Source: Trypanosoma brucei (lineage: Eukaryota). Taken from it: a stretch of DNA of 64,000 nt. Positions within the stretch are counted from its first letter, which is position 1; each line of letters opens with the position of its first letter. The stretch is from positions 576,001 to 640,000 of the forward strand of contig CP000069.1 of NCBI GenBank assembly GCA_000002445.1, written 5' to 3'. The notes under the pieces are model-generated. The model saw nothing but the letters and a program-made list of their open reading frames with translations. It did no database searches and had not been told where the DNA came from. Position numbers and translations under genes: made by a program. Shown piece by piece: positions 47,143 through 57,243 of the stretch.

Positions 47143-47172
<30 letters not shown>
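47143..47172. repeat. (TA)15 microsatellite about 100 bp upstream of the EIF4E4-like start
   Basis: Direct reading. Confidence 0.9.
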
Positions 47173-47179
<7 letters not shown>

Positions 47180-47937
47180 GTTTTGTTTACAACTCCACAC
47201 AGTATATCCGTCGCGCTCACCTTTTACTTGCCTGGCGTACACGCCACTTTGTTTAACCTTTTTTATTTATTCTCGTTTACCTCTTCTAAGAGACACACAC
47301 AATACCTCCCGTATACTGGAGTTGCTGATGTGACCCTTAAAACAGTTCGTGATACAATTACCACAGTTAATATTATTTACTTCGTATTCTTATTATTGCT
47401 TTCGTTTCCTCCGCTTATACACACGAGTGCCCCTTGGTAGTTTCGTTTCGTTCACGTGGGCTACTTGAAATTCTTCAAACGAAACAAAAAGAAAGAGGAG
47501 GATAATACCAGTATAATCTGCCTAACCACCCCTTTACTTGGTCAGTTTAATGCTATTACACAGCCTCCCACGCTGACCCTTCACGGTAATGAGATAAAAA
47601 TGTAATAAGAAAAAGAGAAAGTGGGGCAAAGAAAAAAAATAGTTCAACGCTGCAGCAGTTCCACAGGGCGGTCCGGAGAAAATGAGCGATCGCACCATCG
47701 ATAACAGGGGGAAAATAGTTCATATATATATAGACACGGGGATAGGATGAAGGTGTTCATCACTACCATCGCTCTCCTCTTTTCAAAGACCTAATCGGTA
47801 ATTATTAATTAATGCTTTCCCATCTGTTACGGACAAACAATCGTACCATCCGTCAAAATAACAACACCAGAGAGAAGGAAAAAAACAAGGCACAAACACG
47901 AAACTCGGATAATTTCTTTCCTCTGCCCTTCACTTCA

Positions 47938-49620
47938 CTACGGTGTCACACGCTGCGGGTCGCGCGGGAAGAGCGACGTCAGACGTACGTTGTGTAAACC
48001 AAGGTACAACATTACCACGCGCTCGAGTCCAACACCAAATCCACCATGCGGCCATGCCCCAAGTCTGAAGGAGTCCACGTAGTCGCTGACAGGTCCAAGA
48101 TCCACTTGCAGCGACTGGGCGCGTTGGAGCAGCAAGGAGGCATCGTGAATACGCTGTGCACCACTTGATATCTCCTCGCCTCGGATAAACATGTCAAACG
48201 AGTTGGTGAAACGCTCATCATTGGGGCACGGCATCGTGTAGAAGGGCCGCGCAGCCGATGGAAACCGGTCCGAAATGAAGAAGTCCACTCCGTAGCGCTC
48301 CTTGACCAACTTGCCAAGGAGTTTTTCGTTGGTGGTGTTTATGTCATCAGTTGGGTCCAGCTTAGTTTCCAGTACGGTATTTAGAAGCGCAACACAGTCC
48401 GGATAATTAATGCGAAGCATGCGAAGGTTGCTATTGCGAACACGCGCCTTGTACGTGTCGGTTGGCTCCGTGTCCTCTTCAATGGCACCGACACCTAACT
48501 CTTTCATGCGTTCTGCTGACATCTGCCACACAAGTGGTTCGAACGGGTACTGCCGCTTGATGGCCTCCAACTCCGCGTTGTGTCCTGATAGGCGCTCAAA
48601 CATGTGACAGAAGAGCTCTTCAGCCAAGTCAAGCACTTCGTAATAGTGCTCATTGATCCGCATCTCCACGTCAAGTCCCACAAACTCCGTCAGGTGGCGG
48701 TGGGTGTTGCTGTTCTCTGCACGGAACACGGGCCCCACCTCAAAAACTCGCTTCAAGTCACCCTGGAGCGCAATCTGTTTATAAAGTTGCGGAGACTGCG
48801 CCAAATATGCGTCACGGTTGAAGTACCCCAGCTTGAATACGTTGGCACCACCCTCGCTCGCTGTCGCAATGATCTTTGGGGAATGAATCTCCACAAATTC
48901 GCTATCAATGAGAAACTGACGGAAGTACTGCCCCACCCGAGATTGGATTCTGAATATGGCATTGGATGCGGGGGAACGGAGGTCCAACCAGCGGCACGCA
49001 AGGCGCGTATCGAAGTTGATCTTAATGCCTTCCTCATCCTCACGGCGGGAAGCGTCAGCGAGTGTAAACGGAAGCACGCGCAGCGCCTCACTCACTACAT
49101 GAATGCGATTGATCCTTAATTCGATGTCCTGTTGCGAGGTGGACGTAATAGGTTGAGCTGCGATACATACGGTTCCTTCTACATCAACAACAGACTCGCA
49201 CGGCAGTTGACCGATAAAATCCACCATCTCCTTCGGTACCTCCTCCGACACGGCAGCCATAGCCTGAAGGGAGTGGACTCCATCGCGCAGCACAGTGAAT
49301 GCAAGCTTCCCCTTCTTCCGTGTTGTGTCAACGCGGGCACGAATAGTGACCACACGGTCGGCGTCATCCTTCGACAAGACGGCAATATCGGTGAATTTCC
49401 TTGATCCATATGTTTTGGATTGCACCAGCGGCGCGGCTCCAAAAACGTCAGCGAACCTAAGCAGAAGTGCTGCCTTCTCCGCCGCTTTAGCAGCTTCTTC
49501 AGCTAGGCGCGCTGCCTTTCGGGCTTCTTTCTCGTTTTGCTTCTTGTTAGTGCTTTTAGGCGCATTTGCTGTGGTTGCTTCATTGGCGCCCGTGTTGTCT
49601 GATTGAGCGGGGTCCGACAT
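47938..49620 (-). CDS. Aspartyl-tRNA synthetase, cytosolic type (class IIb)
   Basis: The track start at 49641 is TTG. The first ATG is at 49620 (MSDPAQSDNTG..., a Lys/Ala-rich N-terminal extension). The anticodon-binding OB fold is present. Class II motifs are FRAENSNTHRHLTEFVGLDVEM (motif 2) and GGFGVGLERVVMLYLGLHNVRLTSLFPRDPQRVTP (motif 3). Confidence 0.95.
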   Translation of the reverse strand: MSDPAQSDNTGANEATTANAPKSTNKKQNEKEARKAARLAEEAAKAAEKAALLLRFADVFGAAPLVQSKTYGSRKFTDIAVLSKDDADRVVTIRARVDTTRKKGKLAFTVLRDGVHSLQAMAAVSEEVPKEMVDFIGQLPCESVVDVEGTVCIAAQPITSTSQQDIELRINRIHVVSEALRVLPFTLADASRREDEEGIKINFDTRLACRWLDLRSPASNAIFRIQSRVGQYFRQFLIDSEFVEIHSPKIIATASEGGANVFKLGYFNRDAYLAQSPQLYKQIALQGDLKRVFEVGPVFRAENSNTHRHLTEFVGLDVEMRINEHYYEVLDLAEELFCHMFERLSGHNAELEAIKRQYPFEPLVWQMSAERMKELGVGAIEEDTEPTDTYKARVRNSNLRMLRINYPDCVALLNTVLETKLDPTDDINTTNEKLLGKLVKERYGVDFFISDRFPSAARPFYTMPCPNDERFTNSFDMFIRGEEISSGAQRIHDASLLLQRAQSLQVDLGPVSDYVDSFRLGAWPHGGFGVGLERVVMLYLGLHNVRLTSLFPRDPQRVTP

Positions 49621-50224
49621 CTGTGAGTAAAAATTCTCCAATTACAGGCGCTACCTTCAGGTATAAGAGCACACTAATCAACTGTAAGAAACAAAGTGTG
49701 CATGGGCAAACAAAGAGAAAGGGAATGGAGAGGTAATCCTGGTCTATTTAATGCACATTTAAGCCATCTGTATAAAAGATGCAAGGAGAGTAAAATACAA
49801 TGTGGAACAGAAAACCAACCAGCTGCTCGGTGTGACCGCATAAATATACCTATATATTGGCATACTCGTGAACTTCTCAGGTATGTGACAAAAATAAAAA
49901 AAATCACCAAATAATGGGTGGCAATACGTTTTCAATCCCAGGGGAGCCCTTGCGGACCGACATCGCATACGACGGTCCGCCTGCTCCTAGCCGATGCATC
50001 AATGAATGTCACAAAACAGAAGGGTTGTCTGTACTCCCGGAGGCGAAATTGCGTTGCCACATTTTAAAGCTATCCTGCTCGAGTGGCGAGCACACATCCT
50101 ACCAGGGTAGCGACCCGTGCACTACAAACCCATTTGCTATTGATGGAACACATTTTAGACATCACAGTAGATCTCTTCGTGAATCCATGATACTCAACAG
50201 CACTTCGTAGCAACAATGCCATTC

Positions 50225-52033
50225 TTATCGACGACGATGGTGCGCACGCGACTGGGACTGCATAACCCCTTCGTACTTCAGCTTCGGCCACATCTTTTCA
50301 ATTTCCTTATCATCTAGACTGTCAGCAGAGTCCCTGTGACCACCACCACCACCACCAGCCTGCACGGAGTCCTTCGAACATATAGCGCGCTCCAACTCCA
50401 ACTCTGTTTGCAAGCGCTTCAGTACCATCTTCCCATCACTATTCCTCTCCTCCAGAATCAGCCACTCAGATAGGGAATTCACAACGTGGGGCAACCCCAT
50501 GCGCTTTACATGCTCACGGTGAAAATCTGACAACTTGGGTAGAAGCTCATCTTCAGTGATACCTTCCTGAGGAATATACTGGTACAGTTCGAAGGCAATG
50601 TCCAGCGGTTGGCGATCGGAAGCACGTCGAATCCGAACTTTTTGGGGATCCTTTTCGGTGGGATCGTCCACCACAAAGTAGGACGGATACGAAGCAAGCC
50701 AGGCAACTACCTTTTTCGGTAGGGAATATCGCATATCAGGCCTAACAAGTTCGAGAACCTCCACAAGATTGAGTGTGCGGTTTGAAGGAAATTTATCAAA
50801 GAGCTCATTTATCACCTGTATGTGCGTGTACTCATATTGAACCTTCATCGCGGTTTGCGGGGCCGCTCTTGCGGAGGTGTCACTACCATTCCCTCTAGCG
50901 GCACCATCAGAACTGCCTTCGGTGATGACTTCTTTCTTGTCATCACCATTCCCCTCCGACGACAGTGATGTCGGATCCTTCTTATGATGAGGAATCCACT
51001 TCGCCACCTGTAACATATCTTGTGAAAGTGACAGTGACTTCCCATGAGCCCGCAGGAAACCTGCAAAGCTCTTAAACTCACGCTTAATCAGCTTTTTTTG
51101 GTCTCGTGTGAGCTGCTCATATAGGGAGGTGATATTCACCCACTGTGGAATGTCACTACAGCACACCTGCTCCTGCACCATCTTGGCAACATCCGGTATG
51201 GGTGAGTTATCGAGCGTGTAATCGTTAAGAGCCAGAGGCGCCAAATGTGGAGGGCGACGGCGGATCATTCCCTCAATGACCTGAAAATGCTCTGGGAACT
51301 TCGATGCGATCGCAACTAACCCACCTTGACAATCGAAATAAGGATGAAACAGCACATCCTCAGGAACGCTCTCCTCAACTTGGTCAATAAGCGTAAATTC
51401 ACTTGGCACAAGGGCCTTTAATCGTTCCAACACCGGCACTCGTTCCTCCAAGCGCACGTGCACGGCTGGGGGGGCCGCTGCTGGTTTCAACGCAACGCTC
51501 CCATTAGATTGCTCAATAGAGTCGAGAGACACAATGTACTCAGGTAGAGCAACATAGTTGATCACGTCCCCTACGTCTGTCATCACGAACTTCTCATCCG
51601 CTGCCCCACGACGTGGATGGTTTAAATCATCACGCAACTTCACATCTGCACGTACGCCATCGATAACGCGAACATCGAAAAAGAAACGGTACCGCTTAAT
51701 AAAAGACAAGAAACGGCCACGGCCGATAAAATATTTCCTACTGTCTTCCGAGAGTATGGCCGCCACACAATGTACGGGAACGTAAAACGTCGGAATGTAT
51801 TCAATGAACGTCAAGAGAACTTCTTGGGGTGATTTCCACGGCAACGCGGCGTGTGTCGACGCAACGGCTCCGGGCAACGGTGGAGGCGGGGGGAGTTTCG
51901 TTGCGGAACCCAATCGAGTCGGAGTTCCGCGGACATTCGGTAGAGGTGGGGGGACCCGGCTGGCCGCACCGCGCCGCTGCAATTCTCTCGATGCACATGT
52001 AAGAAAACTGCAGCTCCATAAGCACCGCCGCAT
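50225..52033 (-). CDS. Conserved hypothetical protein with a mitochondrial-presequence-like N-terminus, a Pro-rich linker and four to five repeated ~70-aa helical modules (possibly a winged-helix/OST-HTH-like RNA-binding fold)
   Basis: The track start at 52042 is TTG. The ATG at 52033 gives MRRCLWSCSFLTCASRELQRRGAASR. The repeated modules begin LLTFIEYIPTFYVPVHCVAAIL..., VLFHPYFDCQGGLVAIASKFPEHF..., VNITSLYEQLTRDQKKLIKREFKSFAGFL..., LNLVEVLELVRPDMRYSLPKKVVAWLASYPSYF... and IAFELYQYIPQEGITEDELLPKLSDFHREHVKRMGL.... A Gly6 stretch sits near the C-terminus. Confidence 0.65.
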   Translation of the reverse strand: MRRCLWSCSFLTCASRELQRRGAASRVPPPLPNVRGTPTRLGSATKLPPPPPLPGAVASTHAALPWKSPQEVLLTFIEYIPTFYVPVHCVAAILSEDSRKYFIGRGRFLSFIKRYRFFFDVRVIDGVRADVKLRDDLNHPRRGAADEKFVMTDVGDVINYVALPEYIVSLDSIEQSNGSVALKPAAAPPAVHVRLEERVPVLERLKALVPSEFTLIDQVEESVPEDVLFHPYFDCQGGLVAIASKFPEHFQVIEGMIRRRPPHLAPLALNDYTLDNSPIPDVAKMVQEQVCCSDIPQWVNITSLYEQLTRDQKKLIKREFKSFAGFLRAHGKSLSLSQDMLQVAKWIPHHKKDPTSLSSEGNGDDKKEVITEGSSDGAARGNGSDTSARAAPQTAMKVQYEYTHIQVINELFDKFPSNRTLNLVEVLELVRPDMRYSLPKKVVAWLASYPSYFVVDDPTEKDPQKVRIRRASDRQPLDIAFELYQYIPQEGITEDELLPKLSDFHREHVKRMGLPHVVNSLSEWLILEERNSDGKMVLKRLQTELELERAICSKDSVQAGGGGGGHRDSADSLDDKEIEKMWPKLKYEGVMQSQSRAHHRRR

Positions 52034-52081
52034 GGGTGACAACTGTCACTGCGCTCTTAAACTATTATATTACTCCCAGGG

Positions 52082-52108
52082 GTGTGTGTGTGTGTGTGTG
52101 TGTGTGTG
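52082..52108. repeat. (GT)13 on the plus strand, i.e. (AC)13 on the mRNA strand, about 50 nt upstream of the ATG at 52033
   Basis: Direct reading. Confidence 0.9.
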
Positions 52109-52715
52109 GAAATGAAGATGACTGCAGCGCGTCCTCCACCACCCAACAACCCCTATATTCCTTCTTAATTCTTTTCTGCAGACGCCAGCCACTGCCGCCG
52201 CAGAGTGGGTTCACTAACTCTTCCTTTCTTTTTGCGATAATGAATCCCGCGTAGTAGGTGAAAGGGAGGAGGAGGAGGGGGCAAAAGACACGTAGAGAAA
52301 ACATACAGGAGTGCCAATAAACAAACAAGGGAAAAGTTGAGCAATACACAATGAAATGAGGTGTTGGGATAGCGGAAAAAAAATTACTGTTTAAATTAAT
52401 TCGCAGACACGTATATGATTCCTTAACTTTCAACCTTTCATAGCCGCCCTTGCGACTGCTACTGCTTACTCACACGTTTCTGGAACTCCTTCACAGAACG
52501 TGTCCTCGCATGTTTCGCGCCCACATCAAATAATTAATTATTCGGTCGGATGTGAGCAAACCCCTAACGCTTAGACTGCCGGTCAATCACAAGTGATCAC
52601 GCAGCTGTTCAGAGAAAGACTAAAGGGAAAACGAACCACCAATCCGCGGGTGGCCAAAGTTAGTCGTCCAAGCTGTGCGACAGCACGAGGAGATCTTTAA
52701 CTACGTGTTTGCTCC

Positions 52716-54143
52716 TCAACTGTTCCCTCCTTTCGCCATAACTGGGGATGCATGCAGCTCTCGGCGAACCTCAGGTGTTATGAGGTAGTGGAAATGCTTT
52801 GAGCACACCTGCAGTAGCAGAGCGACCTGCTCAGCGGTAAAGTCTCCCTTATATCGTTGTGAGAATGAGAGCAGAGTTTGGTGCCAAAGTACTGGCAATT
52901 TCTCCTCCTTACTGTGGGATTGTATGAAGCGGTGGAAGTATGCTACAAGGGCGTCAATAGCTTGGTATGGCATCGCCATCTTCTTGTCGATCAGTACACG
53001 CAGCAGAACCGAGCGAGGACCCGAGAATGGCTGTTGCGCCAACTTGACAATAGTCACGGCTGTGGGAACTGGCGGCAAATGCATACGCTGCAGCACACTG
53101 GCAACGACCAGGGCCTCCTTCAGCGTACACTCATCGTCAGCTGCAAGTGGGAGAATAAATCCCTTATAAAATGCCACTGGTTTAAACAGCGCCTTCCTTA
53201 TTGCCATGTACAGCGCCGGGTGAAGCTTCTTCTCCGCAGACATGTGCTCGTGCACAACGGGTAGGAGCACAGCTGCGTAAAACCGCTGTGCCATGCGCTC
53301 GTTAAGGTTCGCAGCGAATATGCGTGTGGCCTGGTACGTGGCGTGAGGCGACCATTCGTGTGGTTTCGTTAACATGAGCAACTGCTCCCAATTCTTTATG
53401 TTCGGCAACACCTTGAACGCCTTCGGCACCTTCCCCGAGGTGTAATTCTTCAGGATAGTACCAATAGCAGTGTACACACGCGCAACACGTGGGTCGACAC
53501 GACTCTCTCCTGTTTCACCCATTCCCTCACACCCGTCACCTGAAGGGGAAGAGGCGGCTACCTTTCGGGCGTCTTCGCGTTCCTTTATCTTCTCCATAAT
53601 CATGTCAGCAAGGTTACGACTTTGCACATGGGATTGAGGTTGAAACTTCTGTAGCAACCGTGCCTCCTCATCGTCAATGTCGTACATGTCAACACCCATG
53701 TCAATCTCTGACGGAATTTCTGACACAACCGACTCCGCCTCATCGTATTCAATAACAATTGGTTCTTCGCTCTCATCTTCGTTTTCATAGAACCTAGCGC
53801 CGGCGTCCTCCCCATCTTCCTCGTTTTGTAGATTAACTATGGTAGGGTCGTTGTTGCAGTCGTCTCCATCGCTACTTTCTTCACCGTGAAGCCCACCACC
53901 GTCTTCCTGTTCCTCCGCAGCAATTGCCTCGATTTGCTGGCGTGCGGTTTTGAGAATTTTACTGGCCACTCGCCCTGGCAGAACAATTCCACCCTCCAAG
54001 TCAACATCTACATCATCTGAAGCTCCCGACGCTTTGCTTTCCACCGCTCCTCGCTTGGCGCTGGCAAACCGGTCGGCGTGCAGGTCTTCGCCTAGGGGAT
54101 TTGTGCGGGTGCCGATGCGTCGTTTCTTTTCGCGTCCCGGCAT
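52716..54143 (-). CDS. ENP1: Bystin (ENP1 homologue), a pre-40S ribosome biogenesis factor
   Basis: The start is ATG. The conserved bystin C-terminal domain reads KNWEQLLMLTKPHEWSPHATYQATRIFAANLNERMAQRFYAAVLLPVV...ALYMAIRKALFKPVAFYKGFILPLA...TLKEALVVASVL...LPVLWHQTLLSFSQRY. The N-terminal region is acidic. Confidence 0.85.
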   Translation of the reverse strand: MPGREKKRRIGTRTNPLGEDLHADRFASAKRGAVESKASGASDDVDVDLEGGIVLPGRVASKILKTARQQIEAIAAEEQEDGGGLHGEESSDGDDCNNDPTIVNLQNEEDGEDAGARFYENEDESEEPIVIEYDEAESVVSEIPSEIDMGVDMYDIDDEEARLLQKFQPQSHVQSRNLADMIMEKIKEREDARKVAASSPSGDGCEGMGETGESRVDPRVARVYTAIGTILKNYTSGKVPKAFKVLPNIKNWEQLLMLTKPHEWSPHATYQATRIFAANLNERMAQRFYAAVLLPVVHEHMSAEKKLHPALYMAIRKALFKPVAFYKGFILPLAADDECTLKEALVVASVLQRMHLPPVPTAVTIVKLAQQPFSGPRSVLLRVLIDKKMAMPYQAIDALVAYFHRFIQSHSKEEKLPVLWHQTLLSFSQRYKGDFTAEQVALLLQVCSKHFHYLITPEVRRELHASPVMAKGGNS

Positions 54144-54980
54144 AAATGGTGATTAGAAATTCCCTAATTTCCCAATACGCGCGTTCCCCATTCCCCGCAG
54201 GAGGTGAGTTTGTTGAAAAGAATAGAGGTGAAAGGCAGAACAAGGTGGTAGCGTTAAATATGGAGCGGTGAGTCAAAAAAAAAATCATCAGTAAGGCAAG
54301 CAGGAGCGAAGGTAAGGACTTAAGGAGATACCAAAGACAGAATTTCCCCAGCAAACAAGTCATGAAGTGAGGCTAGAGAATAGTAAGCGCGAACAAGAGT
54401 GTCATTACCTTCTGCCACACTCAACTTCCAGTGCCATTTACTCCACCTGACTGCGGTTTAGCATAGGTTGCACTTCTGCCTTCCGCCGCCCCTGGTGACG
54501 ATACCAATTTATTCGTCTTCGTCAAGGTAAGGCCGCACCTTGTTACTAGGTAAACAACGAACACGAGCACACGTGGGAAATTAAAACGTCGTCGCGTGAA
54601 CATCTGTGGGGGGTGGGGAATGGAAGGAACCTTCAGAGCGAGAAGAAAGAGGGTAAATTAAAAATGAAAACACCAAAATAAACGAGTGGTGATGGGAAGA
54701 CCACTTGTTAGGGGAGAAACCTACATGATCCTCCCATTAACGTTAGCAGGGGGAGAAATTTGGCCTCCGTAAACTCATCACAAAACAACGGCATTCCACC
54801 TCACTCCCAGCGCGCCCCGCTAACACTGCCGTTGTATGAGTGCGTGCACGAACATTCACACAGTGTTATCATACGTATATTACATGTATATACGCTTATT
54901 TGTGCGAGTCAGCGCATTTGTCAATGCTTTCGGCTACATTTTGGCATTTGGGCCTGGACTTAAAGCAGAGCATCAACCCT

Positions 54981-56501
54981 TTAGGGCGTCTTTTCCAAAC
55001 GCGGGGGAATCCTGGCGGATTCCTTCGCCTTTCCATTGCGATAACAAAGTAACCCCTCTGAGCGACGTAGAAGATCTGTCTGCACCCGGCGCAGCCGCTG
55101 CTCCTTTGCAGCCATCTCCGCGTCGCGTTCCTCAAGTATTTTCATCCATGATGAAACCTTACGGGTTAGACTCTCAACCTCACCAATGCGCCCCTGCAGC
55201 ATACTATCGCGCTCCTTATGAGCTTCCAGTTCACTCCTGTACTTCCCCTCACGCTTCAGCAAAGCCGACTCCTGTTCCTCCAAGCGGCTCTCTAGTGCGG
55301 TCAACACCTTCCGCCTTTCACCAACTTCACGTTGCCGACTTTCTAATTCACTGAGGCGTTGCTGAAGAAGACGTTCCTTCCCAGAAACACTTGCCTTTCT
55401 TTCGTACACGCGTTGAAATAGCCCTTTGGTGTTCTCACATTCCAAGAGCAAATGCTGGATTTGATCAACAATGACAGTTGCGTCATTGTCACGGAGGTCA
55501 GAAATCGATGGCTCACCGGACTTCTTATTCCGCAGAGCCCGTTCCTTCTCAATTAGCTGGTCACGGGCCTCTGCCAGTTGTCGTCCCTTCTGTTCCTGTG
55601 GGAGCGACCGCGGAAAGTGGTCAAAGTCTATTGTGCTGAGCAACTTTCGAAGGGACTGCTCAAAGAATAACATCTTGTACAGTGTTGACTCCAATGTGGT
55701 AAAGACCGCCGCCCCCGGGGGTGGCGTCGGTAGCGGCGCCTGTGCTGAGACGGCTTCCAGAAGTTCTTGACTGTCCCCACGGATGACCACTGACCCCTTC
55801 TGCGATCGCGAGTAGGACCTGATTTCTTCATCTTGCGAGTCCTCACCTTCGTATGACTTTACGTAATAAGTGGTCCAGCTTCCCGAATGTGAAGCAGCGA
55901 GCTCAGCGGCGTTTTCTCCGCGTGACAAGGTATGCGCTAAGGTGGGAGACTGCCTCCCATCGTTTTGGAGTGTATCTCCCGCCGATCCCTCCATTCCCTC
56001 TGAGAAGGCCTGCTCGCTCGCACAAGCCTCCTCATAATAATCCTCAGACTCGCTGAAGCTCAACGTGGAATCATGGTCCTCTCCGGTAATTTCTGAGGTC
56101 ATCGTCACACTCCGCGATGCGAGATCCCGTTGATGACCATCTTTTGGTGGGGAGGGTGGAGGAGGAGGTGCCGCTCGCCGATCGCCACGCCGCGAATCAC
56201 CGCCCACCACACGAGACGATTCAAAATCAGCCGCATTCCCCCGCTCCACATGGTACGGATGATCAGTCTTGCTTTTCCTAATGGTATGTAACGAACTATT
56301 CACGCCATTATGGCCGACCCTGATTCTTGAAGAGGACGGCGGCGACGCGGATTCCCCACCGTTAAAGGAAGTGCCTTCTTCATTGTTAGCAGTCCCAGCG
56401 ACGACACCCATGGCCTCCACTATTGTGGCGTTGTACATCTCGAGACGCTCACGCAACAGTTGAATGCGTTGCGCTGAGGATAAAACCTCCTCCTTCGTCA
56501 T
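54981..56501 (-). CDS. Hypothetical protein: an N-terminal Ser/Gly/Pro-rich disordered half and a C-terminal coiled-coil half
   Basis: The start is ATG. The heptad-rich C-terminal part begins LRKLLSTIDF...LIEKERALRNKKSGEP...RLLQQRLSELESRQREVGERRKVLTALESRLEEQESALLKREGKYRSELEAHKERDSMLQGRIGEVESLTRKV. I recognise no enzymatic motif. Confidence 0.65.
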   Translation of the reverse strand: MTKEEVLSSAQRIQLLRERLEMYNATIVEAMGVVAGTANNEEGTSFNGGESASPPSSSRIRVGHNGVNSSLHTIRKSKTDHPYHVERGNAADFESSRVVGGDSRRGDRRAAPPPPPSPPKDGHQRDLASRSVTMTSEITGEDHDSTLSFSESEDYYEEACASEQAFSEGMEGSAGDTLQNDGRQSPTLAHTLSRGENAAELAASHSGSWTTYYVKSYEGEDSQDEEIRSYSRSQKGSVVIRGDSQELLEAVSAQAPLPTPPPGAAVFTTLESTLYKMLFFEQSLRKLLSTIDFDHFPRSLPQEQKGRQLAEARDQLIEKERALRNKKSGEPSISDLRDNDATVIVDQIQHLLLECENTKGLFQRVYERKASVSGKERLLQQRLSELESRQREVGERRKVLTALESRLEEQESALLKREGKYRSELEAHKERDSMLQGRIGEVESLTRKVSSWMKILEERDAEMAAKEQRLRRVQTDLLRRSEGLLCYRNGKAKESARIPPRLEKTP

Positions 56502-57192
56502 TTCCTATATTCACCAGTTAGGGTCCCGCCACTTTCCTCTCTCTGTTTCCCTCTTTTTCTTTCTATATGCACGTACGGAAGGGTTTTCTGTGCACTTCCT
56601 CTTTCTATAGATGTATGTATGTATATATCTGTATATTCGCACCAACCAACAAAGTGCTTGATGTTGATATTCCTTTTTATCTATGTTTGTTCGCAAGATT
56701 AGCCTGATGCACCTGCTAAACCTTCTTTCCCCCTTTTTTCTTCCCTTGTGAATATGTGGAGGAGAAAGCCTCAGAGTAAGGAAGAAACTGGGAAAATGTT
56801 CCCCCGTGTATTGCGCTATCAACTTCCTACTTTTTATACTTCTCGTTATTTTTCGTTTCTCGATTCTGGTGTCAGAGACGAAGAAGTTGATCTCTCTGGT
56901 GCTGCGTACTTCTTTACTCTTTCTACCCACGAAACGGTAACAGGATTAGGTACTGCAAAAATAGGAAAATAGGACGGGAGGAAAGCAAGCAAGGAAAAAA
57001 AAATAAGATTTACGTGGAACGTTTTTCTTCATCGTAGGGAATTATTGGCAGGGTGTACAAACAAAAAAAGAAAAAGAAAAACCAACTGAGATACATCTTC
57101 CACAAGTCTTCTCCTTCCTCTCTGTATCAAAACAAAGCAGCCAACATCGTTCAATCACCGGCCTCGAAGTGACCATATGCATTCTGTCCATT

Positions 57193-57194
<2 letters not shown>

Positions 57195-57238
<44 letters not shown>
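57195..57238. repeat. (CA)22 microsatellite in the 2.7-kb gene-free interval 56502..59175
   Basis: Direct reading. Confidence 0.9.
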
Positions 57239-57243
<5 letters not shown>

